DNA of 64,000 bases from an uncultured Candidatus Saccharibacteria bacterium (GCA_964361405.1 CAYIAA010000001.1:20917-84916); one strand, 5' to 3'; counted from the first letter of the stretch, positions 35,257-44,978 are shown. Program-made: numbers and translations. Notes: generated by a model not told the origin, from the sequence alone.

Positions 35257-37767
35257 ATGTCTCTACTCGGGGCTTTTTTTGGATCAAAGGGCGGTATAAC
35301 ATCGCGTGAGCGGGAGCTCCTTCGGCGCGTTAATACTCTTGAGTCTGAAGTCTCATCGCTTACAGCGGATCAATTTCCGGAGCGCACAGGGCTTCTTCGA
35401 GAGCGATATAAAGGCGGGGAGACATTAGATGATTTACTTCCCGAAGCCTTCGCGCTTACACGTGAGGCGGCGAAGCGAACGCTCGGCCAACGACACTTCG
35501 ATGTTCAGATTCTCGGCGGCATCGTGCTTCACGAAGGAAAGATTGCGGAGATGAAAACGGGCGAAGGGAAAACACTCGTCGCGACACTGCCGGTGTATCT
35601 TAATTCGCTCTCTGGGCGTGGAGTTCATGTGGTTACCGTAAATGATTATCTCGCGCGGCGCGATGCGGTATGGATGGGACAGATTTATGCGCTTCTTGGA
35701 CTTTCCGTCGGTGTCATCAATCACGACACGTCGTACCGCTATGATGTGTCTGCGAAGCCTGACAAAGACCGTGAACGCGATGAGAGCGGCTCCTACAAAG
35801 TAATCTATGATTTTCTCCGGCCCGCAGCGCGTAGTGAGGCCTACTCGGCGGATATTACCTACGGTACCAATAATGAATATGGATTTGATTATCTTCGCGA
35901 TAATATCGCGTACCTGAGAGAGGATGTAGTTCAGCGCGAACACCACTTTGTCATCGTTGACGAGGTAGATTCGATCTTGATTGATGAGGCGCGAACACCC
36001 CTCATTATATCGGCGCCTGTCGGTGAAGCTGAAAGCCTATACCCGGTATTCGCAAAAATTGCCCAGTCACTTAAGCGGGACGAAGATTACACGGTTGACG
36101 AGAAACTCCGCGCTATCACTCTTACTGATGACGGCATTGAGAAAGCCGAGAAAGTGCTCGGCGTTGGAAATATTTATACAGACCAGGGAATCAAATATGT
36201 TCACCACCTCGAGACTGCAGTGCGAGCACAGGCTCTCTTCGAGCGGGATAAGGAATATGTAGTCCGTGGCGGGGAAGTTATTATCGTTGACCCTTTCACA
36301 GGCCGTCTTCAGCCCGGGCGGCGCTGGAGCGATGGGCTTCACCAGGCCATCGAGGCAAAAGAAGGTGTGAAAGTGAAGGAAGAGAGCCGTACATTCGCCA
36401 CTGTTTCTTTCCAGAACTACTTTCGGCTCTATGAAAAACTCTCCGGTATGACGGGTACGGCGCTTACATCGGCGGAAGAGTTCGCCAAGGTTTACGAGCT
36501 TGAGACGGTGGCAATTCCCACCAATAAACCCGGCGCGCGTGTCGACCGCGATGACCTCGTCTTTCAGACAGAGAATGGGAAATTCACCGCCGCAGTGCGG
36601 AAAATTAAAGAACTTCACGAGAAAGGAATGCCAGTTTTAGTCGGCACTGCGTCGATTGAAAAAAGCGAAACTCTTGCCACCCGTCTTGGGCGAGAAGGTA
36701 TTCCGCATGAAGTTTTGAATGCTAAGAACCACGAGCGGGAAGGCGAGATTATTGCACGCGCGGGGGAACGCGGGCGCGTGACGATTTCAACCAATATGGC
36801 GGGCCGCGGTGTTGATATAAAACTCGGCGGAGTACATGCGGCAACCGAAGAATACGAAGCGATAAAAAATCTTGGTGGACTCTTTGTTTTGGGTACAGAG
36901 CGGCATGAAGCGCGGCGCATTGATAATCAGCTCCGCGGACGCTCCGGGCGGCAAGGTGACCTCGGCGAGACCCAGTTCTACGAATCGCTCGAAGACCCGC
37001 TCTTGCGCATCTTTGGCCCCGAGCGCATCAAGAATATGATGGGGCGTTTTGGCATTCCGGAAGATGAACCGATACAAAACCGGTTGGTAACAAAAGCAAT
37101 CGAAAGTGCACAGGAGAAAATCGAAGGGTTCAACTTCGACGCCCGAAAGCACTTACTCGAATACGACGATGTGATGAATCATCAGCGCGGCATTATCTAC
37201 AAAATGCGGCGAACGGTGCTCATGGGCGATCAAAGTGCCCTCGAAGCGTTTCTCGAGGAACTCTTGGCCAAGAGCGAGGAGCGCGAGAAACTCACGACTA
37301 CCATTCTAGAGAAAAGGAAATCTTTCGGTGACGGGCCATTTTTCGAAACACTGCGGATGATAGCGCTCCGAACGACCGATATGTTTTGGGTTGAGCACCT
37401 TGAGGCAATGGAGCATATGCGCGGGAGCGTGAATCTCCGCGCCTACGGCCAGCGCGACCCATTGGTGGAATACAAAAAGGAAGGATTGAGTCTTTTTAAA
37501 GACCTGGAACGTTCTGTCCATATGCAGATACTTCATTTCATTTCAAGCATGAGCGATGCAGGCGGGAGAGTAGACGGCGGAGAGAGAAAACTCAAAGAAG
37601 TACATGAGCATGCGACTTTAATCGTGGGCGACAGAGGGCAGAGTAAAGGAGTTCAGCCGCAAAATGGAGAAGAGAAAGTCGGCCGGAACGACCCCTGCTC
37701 GTGTGGGAGCGGGAAGAAATATAAGAAATGCGGTTTTATTAATGATCCGCATCACAAACAACCCTAG
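35257..37767 (+). CDS. secA: preprotein translocase ATPase SecA
   Basis: 836 aa; DEAD-motor blocks (KTGEGKTLVATLP, VNDYLARRD, VIVDEVDSILIDEARTPLIIS); C-terminal zinc motif CSCGSGKKYKKCG. Confidence 0.9.
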   Translation: MSLLGAFFGSKGGITSRERELLRRVNTLESEVSSLTADQFPERTGLLRERYKGGETLDDLLPEAFALTREAAKRTLGQRHFDVQILGGIVLHEGKIAEMKTGEGKTLVATLPVYLNSLSGRGVHVVTVNDYLARRDAVWMGQIYALLGLSVGVINHDTSYRYDVSAKPDKDRERDESGSYKVIYDFLRPAARSEAYSADITYGTNNEYGFDYLRDNIAYLREDVVQREHHFVIVDEVDSILIDEARTPLIISAPVGEAESLYPVFAKIAQSLKRDEDYTVDEKLRAITLTDDGIEKAEKVLGVGNIYTDQGIKYVHHLETAVRAQALFERDKEYVVRGGEVIIVDPFTGRLQPGRRWSDGLHQAIEAKEGVKVKEESRTFATVSFQNYFRLYEKLSGMTGTALTSAEEFAKVYELETVAIPTNKPGARVDRDDLVFQTENGKFTAAVRKIKELHEKGMPVLVGTASIEKSETLATRLGREGIPHEVLNAKNHEREGEIIARAGERGRVTISTNMAGRGVDIKLGGVHAATEEYEAIKNLGGLFVLGTERHEARRIDNQLRGRSGRQGDLGETQFYESLEDPLLRIFGPERIKNMMGRFGIPEDEPIQNRLVTKAIESAQEKIEGFNFDARKHLLEYDDVMNHQRGIIYKMRRTVLMGDQSALEAFLEELLAKSEEREKLTTTILEKRKSFGDGPFFETLRMIALRTTDMFWVEHLEAMEHMRGSVNLRAYGQRDPLVEYKKEGLSLFKDLERSVHMQILHFISSMSDAGGRVDGGERKLKEVHEHATLIVGDRGQSKGVQPQNGEEKVGRNDPCSCGSGKKYKKCGFINDPHHKQP

Positions 37768-37780
37768 CTAGCATACTTCC

Positions 37781-38269
37781 ATGCAAAAAAACCAAAATAA
37801 CTTTGCATTCATTGATAATACTAATGTCTATAAAGGCATTAAAATGATTGGATGGAAATTAGATTTGGTGAGGTTTAGGAAGTTACTTCGAGAACGTTAC
37901 AGTGTTACCCGTGCATATATGTTCATTGGTTATTTGGCAGGTAATCAAGATATGTATCGAGATTTTCAAAATATAGGATACACGCTGATTTTTAAACCAA
38001 CGCTTCCCAATAAAGATGGTGCGGTTAAAGGCAACTGCGATGCTGAACTAGTATTACAAGTGATGATAGATATCAACAATTATGATAAGGCGGTAATTGT
38101 GACAGGTGATGGAGATTTTCAGTGCGTTGTTAAGCATTTACGCAAAATTGAAAAACTCGGCTACGTTATCAGTCCTAATAAAAGATGGTGTTCAATTTTG
38201 TTAAAACGCGAGGCACGAGGAAGTCACGTCTTTATTGAAGAAATGCGCTCAAAATTGGAACTAAAATGA
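37781..38269 (+). CDS. NYN-domain (LabA/DUF88-like) putative ribonuclease
   Basis: 162 aa; FIDNTNV...NCDAELVLQVMID...VIVTGDGDF acidic-residue pattern of NYN/PIN-like nucleases; local GC is clearly below the window average. Confidence 0.6.
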   Translation: MQKNQNNFAFIDNTNVYKGIKMIGWKLDLVRFRKLLRERYSVTRAYMFIGYLAGNQDMYRDFQNIGYTLIFKPTLPNKDGAVKGNCDAELVLQVMIDINNYDKAVIVTGDGDFQCVVKHLRKIEKLGYVISPNKRWCSILLKREARGSHVFIEEMRSKLELK

Positions 38270-38270
38270 A

Positions 38271-38315
38271 AAGGGCCCCTGTTGGGACGAACCCAACAAG
38301 GGACCTTTTCGTGTT
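38271..38315 (+). terminator. imperfect intrinsic terminator
   Basis: AAGGGCCCCTGTTGGG-acgaa-CCCAACAAGGGACCTT followed by TTTCGTGTT. Confidence 0.4.
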
Positions 38316-38402
38316 GATATCTGTAGTATAGTAAATTGAAGACTAGTGTCAAGTAATTGTGGATAACCATATTTGAAATCCATATTGCATGCACCGAATT
38401 TC

Positions 38403-38534
38403 ATGGAAAATAAAAAATTAGAAAAAATAAAGTGGTATAAAAGTCCGAAAATCGGTGTGCCAGCCATTATCGCTCTGATTCTTACTATGGTGACTGCTAT
38501 AGTGACTATTGTGACAACGTACTGGTGGAACTGA
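38403..38534 (+). CDS. 43-aa hydrophobic peptide (hypothetical single-TM peptide)
   Basis: MENKKLEKIKWYKSPKIGVPAIIALILTMVTAIVTIVTTYWWN; in the AT-rich segment between the NYN gene and the tRNA. Confidence 0.2.
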   Translation: MENKKLEKIKWYKSPKIGVPAIIALILTMVTAIVTIVTTYWWN

Positions 38535-38629
38535 ATATAAATTCAAACCAGGCATCTACGAGTATTTTAGGCGAGTGATGCTTGAAGAGGCCGAAGAGTA
38601 CCTATAAGATACAAAGCGTTCAGATAACA

Positions 38630-38700
38630 CGGGCTGTAGTATACCGGTAGTACGCATGCATGGGGTGCATGTAGACCGGGTTCAATTCCCGGCAGCCCGA
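38630..38700 (+). tRNA. tRNA-Pro (anticodon GGG)
   Basis: Manual fold: 7-bp acceptor stem with C1:G72 and discriminator A73 (bacterial tRNA-Pro identity elements), U8, 4-bp D stem, anticodon stem CATGC/GCATG with loop A-U-GGG-G-U, T arm CCGGG-TTCAATT-CCCGG; no encoded CCA. Confidence 0.8.
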
Positions 38701-38809
38701 GTTCAATGAGGGATGAGCACGCAAATTGTTTTGCGTGCGTCCGGAAATTGAAAGGATTTTCTATAGCCCCGTCTTGCGGGGCCAGAAAATCACCTGGCTA
38801 CGTGGTAGC

Positions 38810-38850
38810 CAATTCCCGGCAGCCCGAGCGCAGCGAGGGGTGAGCGCACT
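38810..38850 (+). repeat. direct repeat of the tRNA-Pro 3' end (att-like duplication)
   Basis: CAATTCCCGGCAGCCCGAG (19/19 identical to 38683..38701), followed by imperfect similarity GAGGG(A/G)TGAGC. Confidence 0.5.
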
Positions 38851-38943
38851 TGCTTTCTTTTGATATTCCGCTACTCTGACCTTGGTATTCGGCCGGACAG
38901 ACCGGCTCTCTTTGTGCCTTTACAACAAAAAGAGGAATTTTCG

Positions 38944-39582
38944 ATGGACGTGACAAAGCGAAAGGTCCTGGGAATTCTCAACAAAGTCGGCGCTGTCATC
39001 ACCGATAGTCACATTGTTTACGCATCGTGGCTGCATGGTACGGCTTACATCGACAAGGATGCCCTCTACCCGCACACCAAAGAGACATCGCGTCTCTGCC
39101 GAGAAATAGCCGAACAGTTCTCTGATGACGACGTGGAGGCGGTGGTCGCCCCAGAGAAAGGTGGAATAATTCTTTCGCAGTGGGTGGCATTCCATCTTTC
39201 CAAAATTACCGGCCGGGAAGTGCTCGCGTTCTATGCAGAGAAAAAGAGCGGTGGCTTCATCGTTGAACGCGGTGGCGCCCGGACACAGCTTCGCGGAAGG
39301 AATGTTTTGGTAGTGGAAGATGTTCTTACCACTGGACGCTCTGCCAAGTTGGTGATCGAAGCCGTTCGGGTAGTTGGCGGCACCGTCATCGGTCTCGGCG
39401 CGCTTGTGAACCGCGGAGGAATCACGTTGAAAGATACGGGAAATGTTCCCAGACTTATCTCACTCGTTAACATCAAGCTTAATGTATGGGATAAGAAAGA
39501 CTGTTTTCTTTGCAGGGACGGGGTGCCAGTCAACGCTGATATTGGCAGAGGTCTGGAATTTCTTGCGAATCAGGAGAAATGA
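38944..39582 (+). CDS. type I phosphoribosyltransferase family protein
   Basis: Start at MDVTKRK with an AAAAAGAGGAA RBS; PRPP-binding motif VLVVEDVLTTGRS. Confidence 0.65.
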   Translation: MDVTKRKVLGILNKVGAVITDSHIVYASWLHGTAYIDKDALYPHTKETSRLCREIAEQFSDDDVEAVVAPEKGGIILSQWVAFHLSKITGREVLAFYAEKKSGGFIVERGGARTQLRGRNVLVVEDVLTTGRSAKLVIEAVRVVGGTVIGLGALVNRGGITLKDTGNVPRLISLVNIKLNVWDKKDCFLCRDGVPVNADIGRGLEFLANQEK

Positions 39583-39603
39583 ATAGGGGTATTCCCCCGT
39601 GGG

Positions 39604-39637
39604 GTGGAAGTCAAATGATTTCCACCCTTTTTATTTT
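39604..39637 (+). terminator. intrinsic terminator
   Basis: GGTGGAA-loop-TTCCACC followed by CTTTTTATTTT. Confidence 0.5.
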
Positions 39638-39849
39638 CATGTTTTATTTATAAAGGACATGGAATCTATTTCTATGTCCTTTATCTTCACCTCGATGAAA
39701 TAAGACAATGTCTTTTATAAACCTTCTTGAAAAATGTCCTTTTCAAGCTATTGGACATTTTTTTGACTAAAATAACCAGATACAATCATTGACTATTGAA
39801 GTACTGCAAGTATGATTGACCCATTATAGATAAAACTAAGAGTTTCTTA

Positions 39850-42546
39850 ATGTATTCACTAAGTTTCGGTTATAGGGAGAAATGGGTAATTGGAGTGGCT
39901 ACTTCTTTTTCTTTCGCTCTGTTTTTTCTTGGAGCACTCATCACTCCAATAGCGTTTGCTACCGGTGGTGACAGTGGTACGTCATATACACCGACATGTC
40001 CTTTTGAGCCAACAGAAGGAAGAATTATTGTCGCCCTCAATAAAAAACTTTTCTCTGACCAAGAATCCACCGCAATTCAAGGGCCGGTAAATTTGTGGCC
40101 ATTGCTAGGGGCGGGAACCTATGATGTTTCACTAGCTTCGTATGATGTTGAACATTCTGATGAACCAATGGAGGAAAATGAAAGCTGGTTCCTTACTCTC
40201 GAGAGTGCGCTCGGTTCGTCGGTTGCGACAACGAGCGCAATTGATGATTTGCCTGACCAAGACAAAAGTATTTCGCAAAAAGTAAATGAGAATTTGACGC
40301 TTACCGAAGACGTGAGAAAAATCTTCGTCCAACACACCGCCTATCCGACTGATCTCCCGAACAGCATTACGGCTGTATGTGTGGCATTTGATAGGAATGT
40401 AAACCAAGAGCCACCGACAACTGGACCTGTGTGTGGAAATAAGGCACTTGAGGGGGGAGAGATGTGCGACGATGGAAACACCACACCCGGTGACGGTTGT
40501 TCCGCTATATGCACACTTGAAACTCTCATATGTGAGGACACCGGAGAGAAATCTGGATGGTACGGTGAATATTTCAATTACTCCAGCGATCATCCGGCAA
40601 TGGAGCTTCCGGCCGAGGAGTGGGGGGCGAACTACGGCGATCCGCTCTCGGCAACCTCGACGTGGACCGCGGACTGGTATGACGAACAATATTTTAGATT
40701 TTCTCGGATTGACCCGACACTCTCTTTCGGGAGTGCTTTTTTTCCTTTTGACGTAGCTGCGGAGGAACTTGATAACGATGAGAACCGGAGAAGTCACGAC
40801 TACCACTTCGGAGTACATTGGAGGGCCCGAGTGGGGGGAGTGCCCGGCGAGTATTCTTATACACTCATATCCGACGATGATGCATGGGTATACGTTGATG
40901 GAATTCTCATCGACACCATCCCCGGTGTTCACCCACCTCAAACCATCGAGGGGAATCTTTCACTTACCGGGGTCAATGTCATTGATGTCTATTTTGCCGA
41001 GCGACATACAGTCCTTTCATACCTCGATTTTTCCATAGACGGAGACCTTGAGATTGCACCTCTCGGTCCGTCATGCGAAATACCCGGGACAATTTCCGGC
41101 GTGAAGTATTTCGACCGGAACGCAAACGGCGCGCACGATCAAGATGAGGAGGAGATTCCCGGTTGGGGAGTGACGCTCACTCGCGGCGGTGTCGAGTATG
41201 CAACGACGACGACAGATGCAAACGGCACCTATTCATTCACTGACTTGTCACCTGGATTCTATGCAGTGTCTGAAGAAAAGCGTGAAGGTTGGACTGAAAC
41301 ATCTACCGGGACCACAAGCCCGTATTCGTTCTCCGTTCTTGGAAATGGCGTGGTCTTTAGTAATGGAGATTTCGGTAATGTTGCCTCAACGAGCGTTATA
41401 CATGGCACAAAGTATGAAGATATTGATGGCGATGGAGTGTGGGACGAAGAAGAACCGGGTCTCCCCGGGTGGGAAATTAAGCTCTCACGCGCCGGCGTTC
41501 TCTTCGCTACTACGACCACAGCGATTGACGGGACGTATGCTTTTAACAATCTTGCTCCAATTACGTACGTTGTCACTGAAGAAGTACGGGAAGGATGGCT
41601 AAGGACACAACCGGCCGAGGAGGGTTATACGGTAAGTCTCATTCCGAACGAGGAACGCGAATACATTGATTTCGGCAACCACAAAATCGCGACAACGACA
41701 CTTATTATTTCAAACGAAGGAGAAGAGAATATCACGGAGACAAGCGTAACGCTTACATGGGCTACGAATATACCCGCATCAAGCGTTGTCGTTTACGCTA
41801 CGACATCTGTACCCACCTTCGGTACGGCGCCACTCTATGGATACGGAACAACTTCACCGATAGATTCAACGTTCGTCACATCGCATGCGATAGGACTTTC
41901 GGGACTTACCCCCAATACAACCTATTACTGGAGGGGCGTGTCGACTTCCTCATCGACACCGCCTCTTGAGGCAGTTGGTGGAGAGCAGTCGTTTGTAACA
42001 CAGTCGCACAATGATGGAGGTAATGGAGACAATGGCGGTGGGGATGGCAATGACGGAGGTAATGGAGACAATGGCGGAGGTAGTGGTGGAGTCGGGGGAA
42101 CTGAAACAGGAAGTGGAGGCAGTGGGGGAGGCGGTGGCGGTACTATCTTTCAGAACAGCTCACTTGCTTATGGCTTTACACAAGGCGCTACCGGTGGTAC
42201 CCCGATTCTCGGAGTGGGTGTTCCACTTTTTGTCTTGGATCCAGGATCTGGAACTTCTTTACCGCCCTCGCCTGATGCCGATGGTGTCCTTCCGGACAAT
42301 GAAGGAGTGCCGAGTGGTACTTCTCTTCTCACCGATGATGATACAAGCGGAAGCGTAGAGGAAGACGAGGTGGGAACGACGACAACCAATGAAATAACTC
42401 AGGCTGCAGGGCTCATTTTCTTCGGGCTCGACATCAGAATCTGGGCTTTGATACTCCTCGCAATCGCAATTATTCTCTTCATTATCTGGTATTCAAGGAA
42501 AGACGAGGAAGAAGAAAATCAACCCAAAATTCCCTTTCACACCTAA
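39850..42546 (+). CDS. large secreted/cell-surface protein: signal peptide, Myxococcus-type Cys-rich repeat, PA14-like domain, 2x SdrD-B/Cna-B-like domains, Fn3-like domain, Gly/Asn/Asp-rich linker, C-terminal TM anchor
   Basis: 898 aa. CGNKALEGGEMCDDGNTTPGDGCSAIC matches the cysteine-rich repeat. GEYFNY...DDDAWVYVDG...VYFAERH is PA14-like. Two GxKYxDxNxNGxxDxxE...GW...DxNGxYxF...PGxY units are SdrD-B-like. The C-terminus is IWALILLAIAIILFIIWYSRKDEEEE. Confidence 0.6.
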   Translation: MYSLSFGYREKWVIGVATSFSFALFFLGALITPIAFATGGDSGTSYTPTCPFEPTEGRIIVALNKKLFSDQESTAIQGPVNLWPLLGAGTYDVSLASYDVEHSDEPMEENESWFLTLESALGSSVATTSAIDDLPDQDKSISQKVNENLTLTEDVRKIFVQHTAYPTDLPNSITAVCVAFDRNVNQEPPTTGPVCGNKALEGGEMCDDGNTTPGDGCSAICTLETLICEDTGEKSGWYGEYFNYSSDHPAMELPAEEWGANYGDPLSATSTWTADWYDEQYFRFSRIDPTLSFGSAFFPFDVAAEELDNDENRRSHDYHFGVHWRARVGGVPGEYSYTLISDDDAWVYVDGILIDTIPGVHPPQTIEGNLSLTGVNVIDVYFAERHTVLSYLDFSIDGDLEIAPLGPSCEIPGTISGVKYFDRNANGAHDQDEEEIPGWGVTLTRGGVEYATTTTDANGTYSFTDLSPGFYAVSEEKREGWTETSTGTTSPYSFSVLGNGVVFSNGDFGNVASTSVIHGTKYEDIDGDGVWDEEEPGLPGWEIKLSRAGVLFATTTTAIDGTYAFNNLAPITYVVTEEVREGWLRTQPAEEGYTVSLIPNEEREYIDFGNHKIATTTLIISNEGEENITETSVTLTWATNIPASSVVVYATTSVPTFGTAPLYGYGTTSPIDSTFVTSHAIGLSGLTPNTTYYWRGVSTSSSTPPLEAVGGEQSFVTQSHNDGGNGDNGGGDGNDGGNGDNGGGSGGVGGTETGSGGSGGGGGGTIFQNSSLAYGFTQGATGGTPILGVGVPLFVLDPGSGTSLPPSPDADGVLPDNEGVPSGTSLLTDDDTSGSVEEDEVGTTTTNEITQAAGLIFFGLDIRIWALILLAIAIILFIIWYSRKDEEEENQPKIPFHT
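42016..42077 (+). repeat. 39-bp tandem repeat inside the surface-protein gene (encodes a GGNGDNGG tract)
   Basis: GGAGGTAATGGAGACAATGGCGG is present at 42016 and again at 42055. Confidence 0.5.
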
Positions 42547-42592
42547 AAAAGAGGTAGCCAATAAGAAAGAGTCTCCATGTTAGACTTGGCGA

Positions 42593-43519
42593 ATGTCTCT
42601 ACAACTCCCCGGTCTTCGGTATGATGTAGATCTTCGTTCTCTTACCACGCTGGGTATTGGAGGAAGAGCGAAGTATCTTTTTAAGGCGAGGGATGTATCC
42701 CAACTTGCCCACGCGGTAAAAGAAGCTCGCCGTGCCCGAATGAGATGGGTGGTTCTCGCGGGCGGAAGTAATGTCGTTATTTCAGACCGACACATTAACG
42801 CTCTTGTTATTTTATTGTCCGGAAGCGGTCTAGAACTGAAAGGTAAGACTGTTATCGTAAAAGCGGGGACCCCGCTTTCAGAATTGATAGAGGGTGTTAT
42901 TCGAGCCGGGCTTTGCGGTCTCGAGACTCTCTCTGGCATTCCGGGGAGCGTCGGCGGGGCGATTCTCGGGAATGCCGGCGCTTACGGGCAGTCTATATCC
43001 GATCACCTTATGCGAGTCACGATTTTTGACGGAAAGACAGTCCGCTCGATTGGAAAAGAGAAATGTGGCTTTTCATATCGAGAAAGTATTTTTAAACGTA
43101 AACCTTGGATTATCACGGAAGCGCAGTTTTCCCTAGCGCGCGGAGACAGGAAATTGCTCACAAAGCGCGCTCAAGAAATCATGGCTATTCGGGAGAAAAA
43201 ATACCCACCGGGGTTGCGTTGTCCGGGGAGTTTTTTTAAAAACGTACTCGTCCGGAGTGTTACGAAACGTACATTGACATTGATTCCCCGAGAAAAGATT
43301 ATTGATGGGAAAATTCCCACTGGCTATCTTTTGGAGCGGGTCGGTGCATGCGGTATGCGCCATGGCGGCATTGAGATTGCGGAGTATCACGGCAACTTGC
43401 TTTTGAATCGAAGGAGGGGAACATACCGTGACGTGCGCGCTCTTGCATCTGTACTGAAGCGTCGCGTGAAGCGGAGATTCGGAATCACTCTCGAAGAAGA
43501 GATTCACTATATTCAATAA
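42593..43519 (+). CDS. murB: UDP-N-acetylenolpyruvoylglucosamine reductase
   Basis: 308 aa; FAD-binding N-terminus LTTLGIGG...GGSNVV; GFSYRES block. Confidence 0.8.
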   Translation: MSLQLPGLRYDVDLRSLTTLGIGGRAKYLFKARDVSQLAHAVKEARRARMRWVVLAGGSNVVISDRHINALVILLSGSGLELKGKTVIVKAGTPLSELIEGVIRAGLCGLETLSGIPGSVGGAILGNAGAYGQSISDHLMRVTIFDGKTVRSIGKEKCGFSYRESIFKRKPWIITEAQFSLARGDRKLLTKRAQEIMAIREKKYPPGLRCPGSFFKNVLVRSVTKRTLTLIPREKIIDGKIPTGYLLERVGACGMRHGGIEIAEYHGNLLLNRRRGTYRDVRALASVLKRRVKRRFGITLEEEIHYIQ

Positions 43520-43522
43520 TGA

Positions 43523-44197
43523 ATGTCGATGGATTTACGGAAATTAAAAACAAGAAAAGAGCGCGTACGAAAAATTACCGCCGCACTTAAAAAACTATAT
43601 CCCAATGCGAAGATCGCACTCCATTACCAAAACACCTGGGAACTTTTGGTTTCTGTCATACTCTCGGCCCAGTGCACGGACAAGATGGTAAACCGTGTCA
43701 CCGAGAAACTTTTTCAAAAATACCGAACGCTCGACGACTATATTCATGCTGACCCGAAGATATTTGCAGAAGACATAAAATCGACGGGGTTTTACCGCAA
43801 TAAAGCGAAGAATATCCTCGCGGCTGCGCGACTCGTGAGAGAGAAGTTTAAGGACCAAGTCCCCGGCACAATGTCTGAACTCCTTACTTTGCCCGGTGTT
43901 GCTCGGAAAACCGCAAATGTTATTCTCGGAAATGACTTCGGCGTGATTGAGGGTATTGCTGTTGATACGCACGTGAAGCGATTCGCACGGAAGTTTGACC
44001 TTTCGGATTTTACCGACCCAGTGAAGATTGAGCGCGATTTGATGGAGCTTTTCCCGCGCGCGGAATGGTTTCCGCTCACGTATCGTTTGATTGAGTATGG
44101 CCGAACAGAGTGCCCAGCAAGAAAGCATAGATGCAGTGATCACCCGCTCACAAAAATATATCCACCCGCGGCGCGTTCTTGGCCGAGGGCGCACTAA
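43523..44197 (+). CDS. nth: endonuclease III family (HhH-GPD) DNA glycosylase
   Basis: 224 aa; ELLVSVILSAQCTD, LPGVARKTANVIL, HhH-GPD region; the C-terminus has only C-x6-C-x2-H instead of the full C-x6-C-x2-C-x5-C cluster motif. Confidence 0.7.
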   Translation: MSMDLRKLKTRKERVRKITAALKKLYPNAKIALHYQNTWELLVSVILSAQCTDKMVNRVTEKLFQKYRTLDDYIHADPKIFAEDIKSTGFYRNKAKNILAAARLVREKFKDQVPGTMSELLTLPGVARKTANVILGNDFGVIEGIAVDTHVKRFARKFDLSDFTDPVKIERDLMELFPRAEWFPLTYRLIEYGRTECPARKHRCSDHPLTKIYPPAARSWPRAH

Positions 44198-44252
44198 TTC
44201 TTTGAGGACAATTGATGACTATGTTAAGATCTGAAACTCCAACCTTTATTTT

Positions 44253-44978
44253 ATGGAAGCGCTTAAAATTGAACACCTACGAAAGTCCTATGGCGGAACT
44301 CATGCCGTTGACGATGTCTCGTTTGAAGTGAGGGAAGGGGAATTCTTCGGATTCCTCGGACCGAACGGGGCAGGAAAGACAACAACGATTCATTGTATTA
44401 CCGGCATATCGCGGATTGATTCCGGTTCGGTAAAGCTCTTCGGAATAGACGCGGTAAAGGATTATCGTGCGGCTCGGTTTAAGGTCGGACTTGCACCACA
44501 GGAATATAATGCCGATTTCTTTGGAACTACGTATAAAACTTTAGACTACGTCGCCGGCTACTATGGGGTTCCGAGTAAAAAGCGTAAAGCCCGCATCAAC
44601 GAACTCCTTGAGCGATTTGGACTCACGGAGCATGCAAAGAAATCCTTCCGAGAACTCTCAGGAGGACTCAAACGCCGCGTGATGCTTGCGCGCGCCATGG
44701 TGCACAATCCCGATTTACTTATCTTGGACGAGCCCACGGCCGGTGTTGACGTTGAGCTTCGCCATGAGCTCTGGAAGCATCTCCAGGAACTCAATAAAGC
44801 AGGGAAGACTATACTTCTCACCTCACACTACCTTGAAGAGGTGGAAATGCTTTCAAGTCGGATCGCAATCATCAATCGCGGGAAAATTGTTGCGATTGGG
44901 GACAAGAGCGAATTTGTGAAAGACGGAAAGAACCTTGAGAAACGGTACTTAGAAATAACACAAGGAGAATCATGGTAA
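44253..44978 (+). CDS. ABC transporter ATP-binding protein
   Basis: Walker A GPNGAGKTT, signature LSGGLKRR, Walker B LLILDEPTAGVD. Confidence 0.8.
   Translation: MEALKIEHLRKSYGGTHAVDDVSFEVREGEFFGFLGPNGAGKTTTIHCITGISRIDSGSVKLFGIDAVKDYRAARFKVGLAPQEYNADFFGTTYKTLDYVAGYYGVPSKKRKARINELLERFGLTEHAKKSFRELSGGLKRRVMLARAMVHNPDLLILDEPTAGVDVELRHELWKHLQELNKAGKTILLTSHYLEEVEMLSSRIAIINRGKIVAIGDKSEFVKDGKNLEKRYLEITQGESW

Noticed and set aside
35434-36920. Several 100-180-aa minus-strand ORFs inside secA
   Set aside because: They are antisense to an unambiguous secA reading frame.
38761-38830. Possible second tRNA downstream of tRNA-Pro
   Set aside because: Only the T-arm/acceptor 3' half is present; no D-arm or anticodon arm could be folded. 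It is interpreted as an att-like partial duplication instead.
40132-40941. 269-aa minus-strand ORF inside the surface-protein gene
   Set aside because: It is antisense to a domain-rich + strand gene and has no start context.
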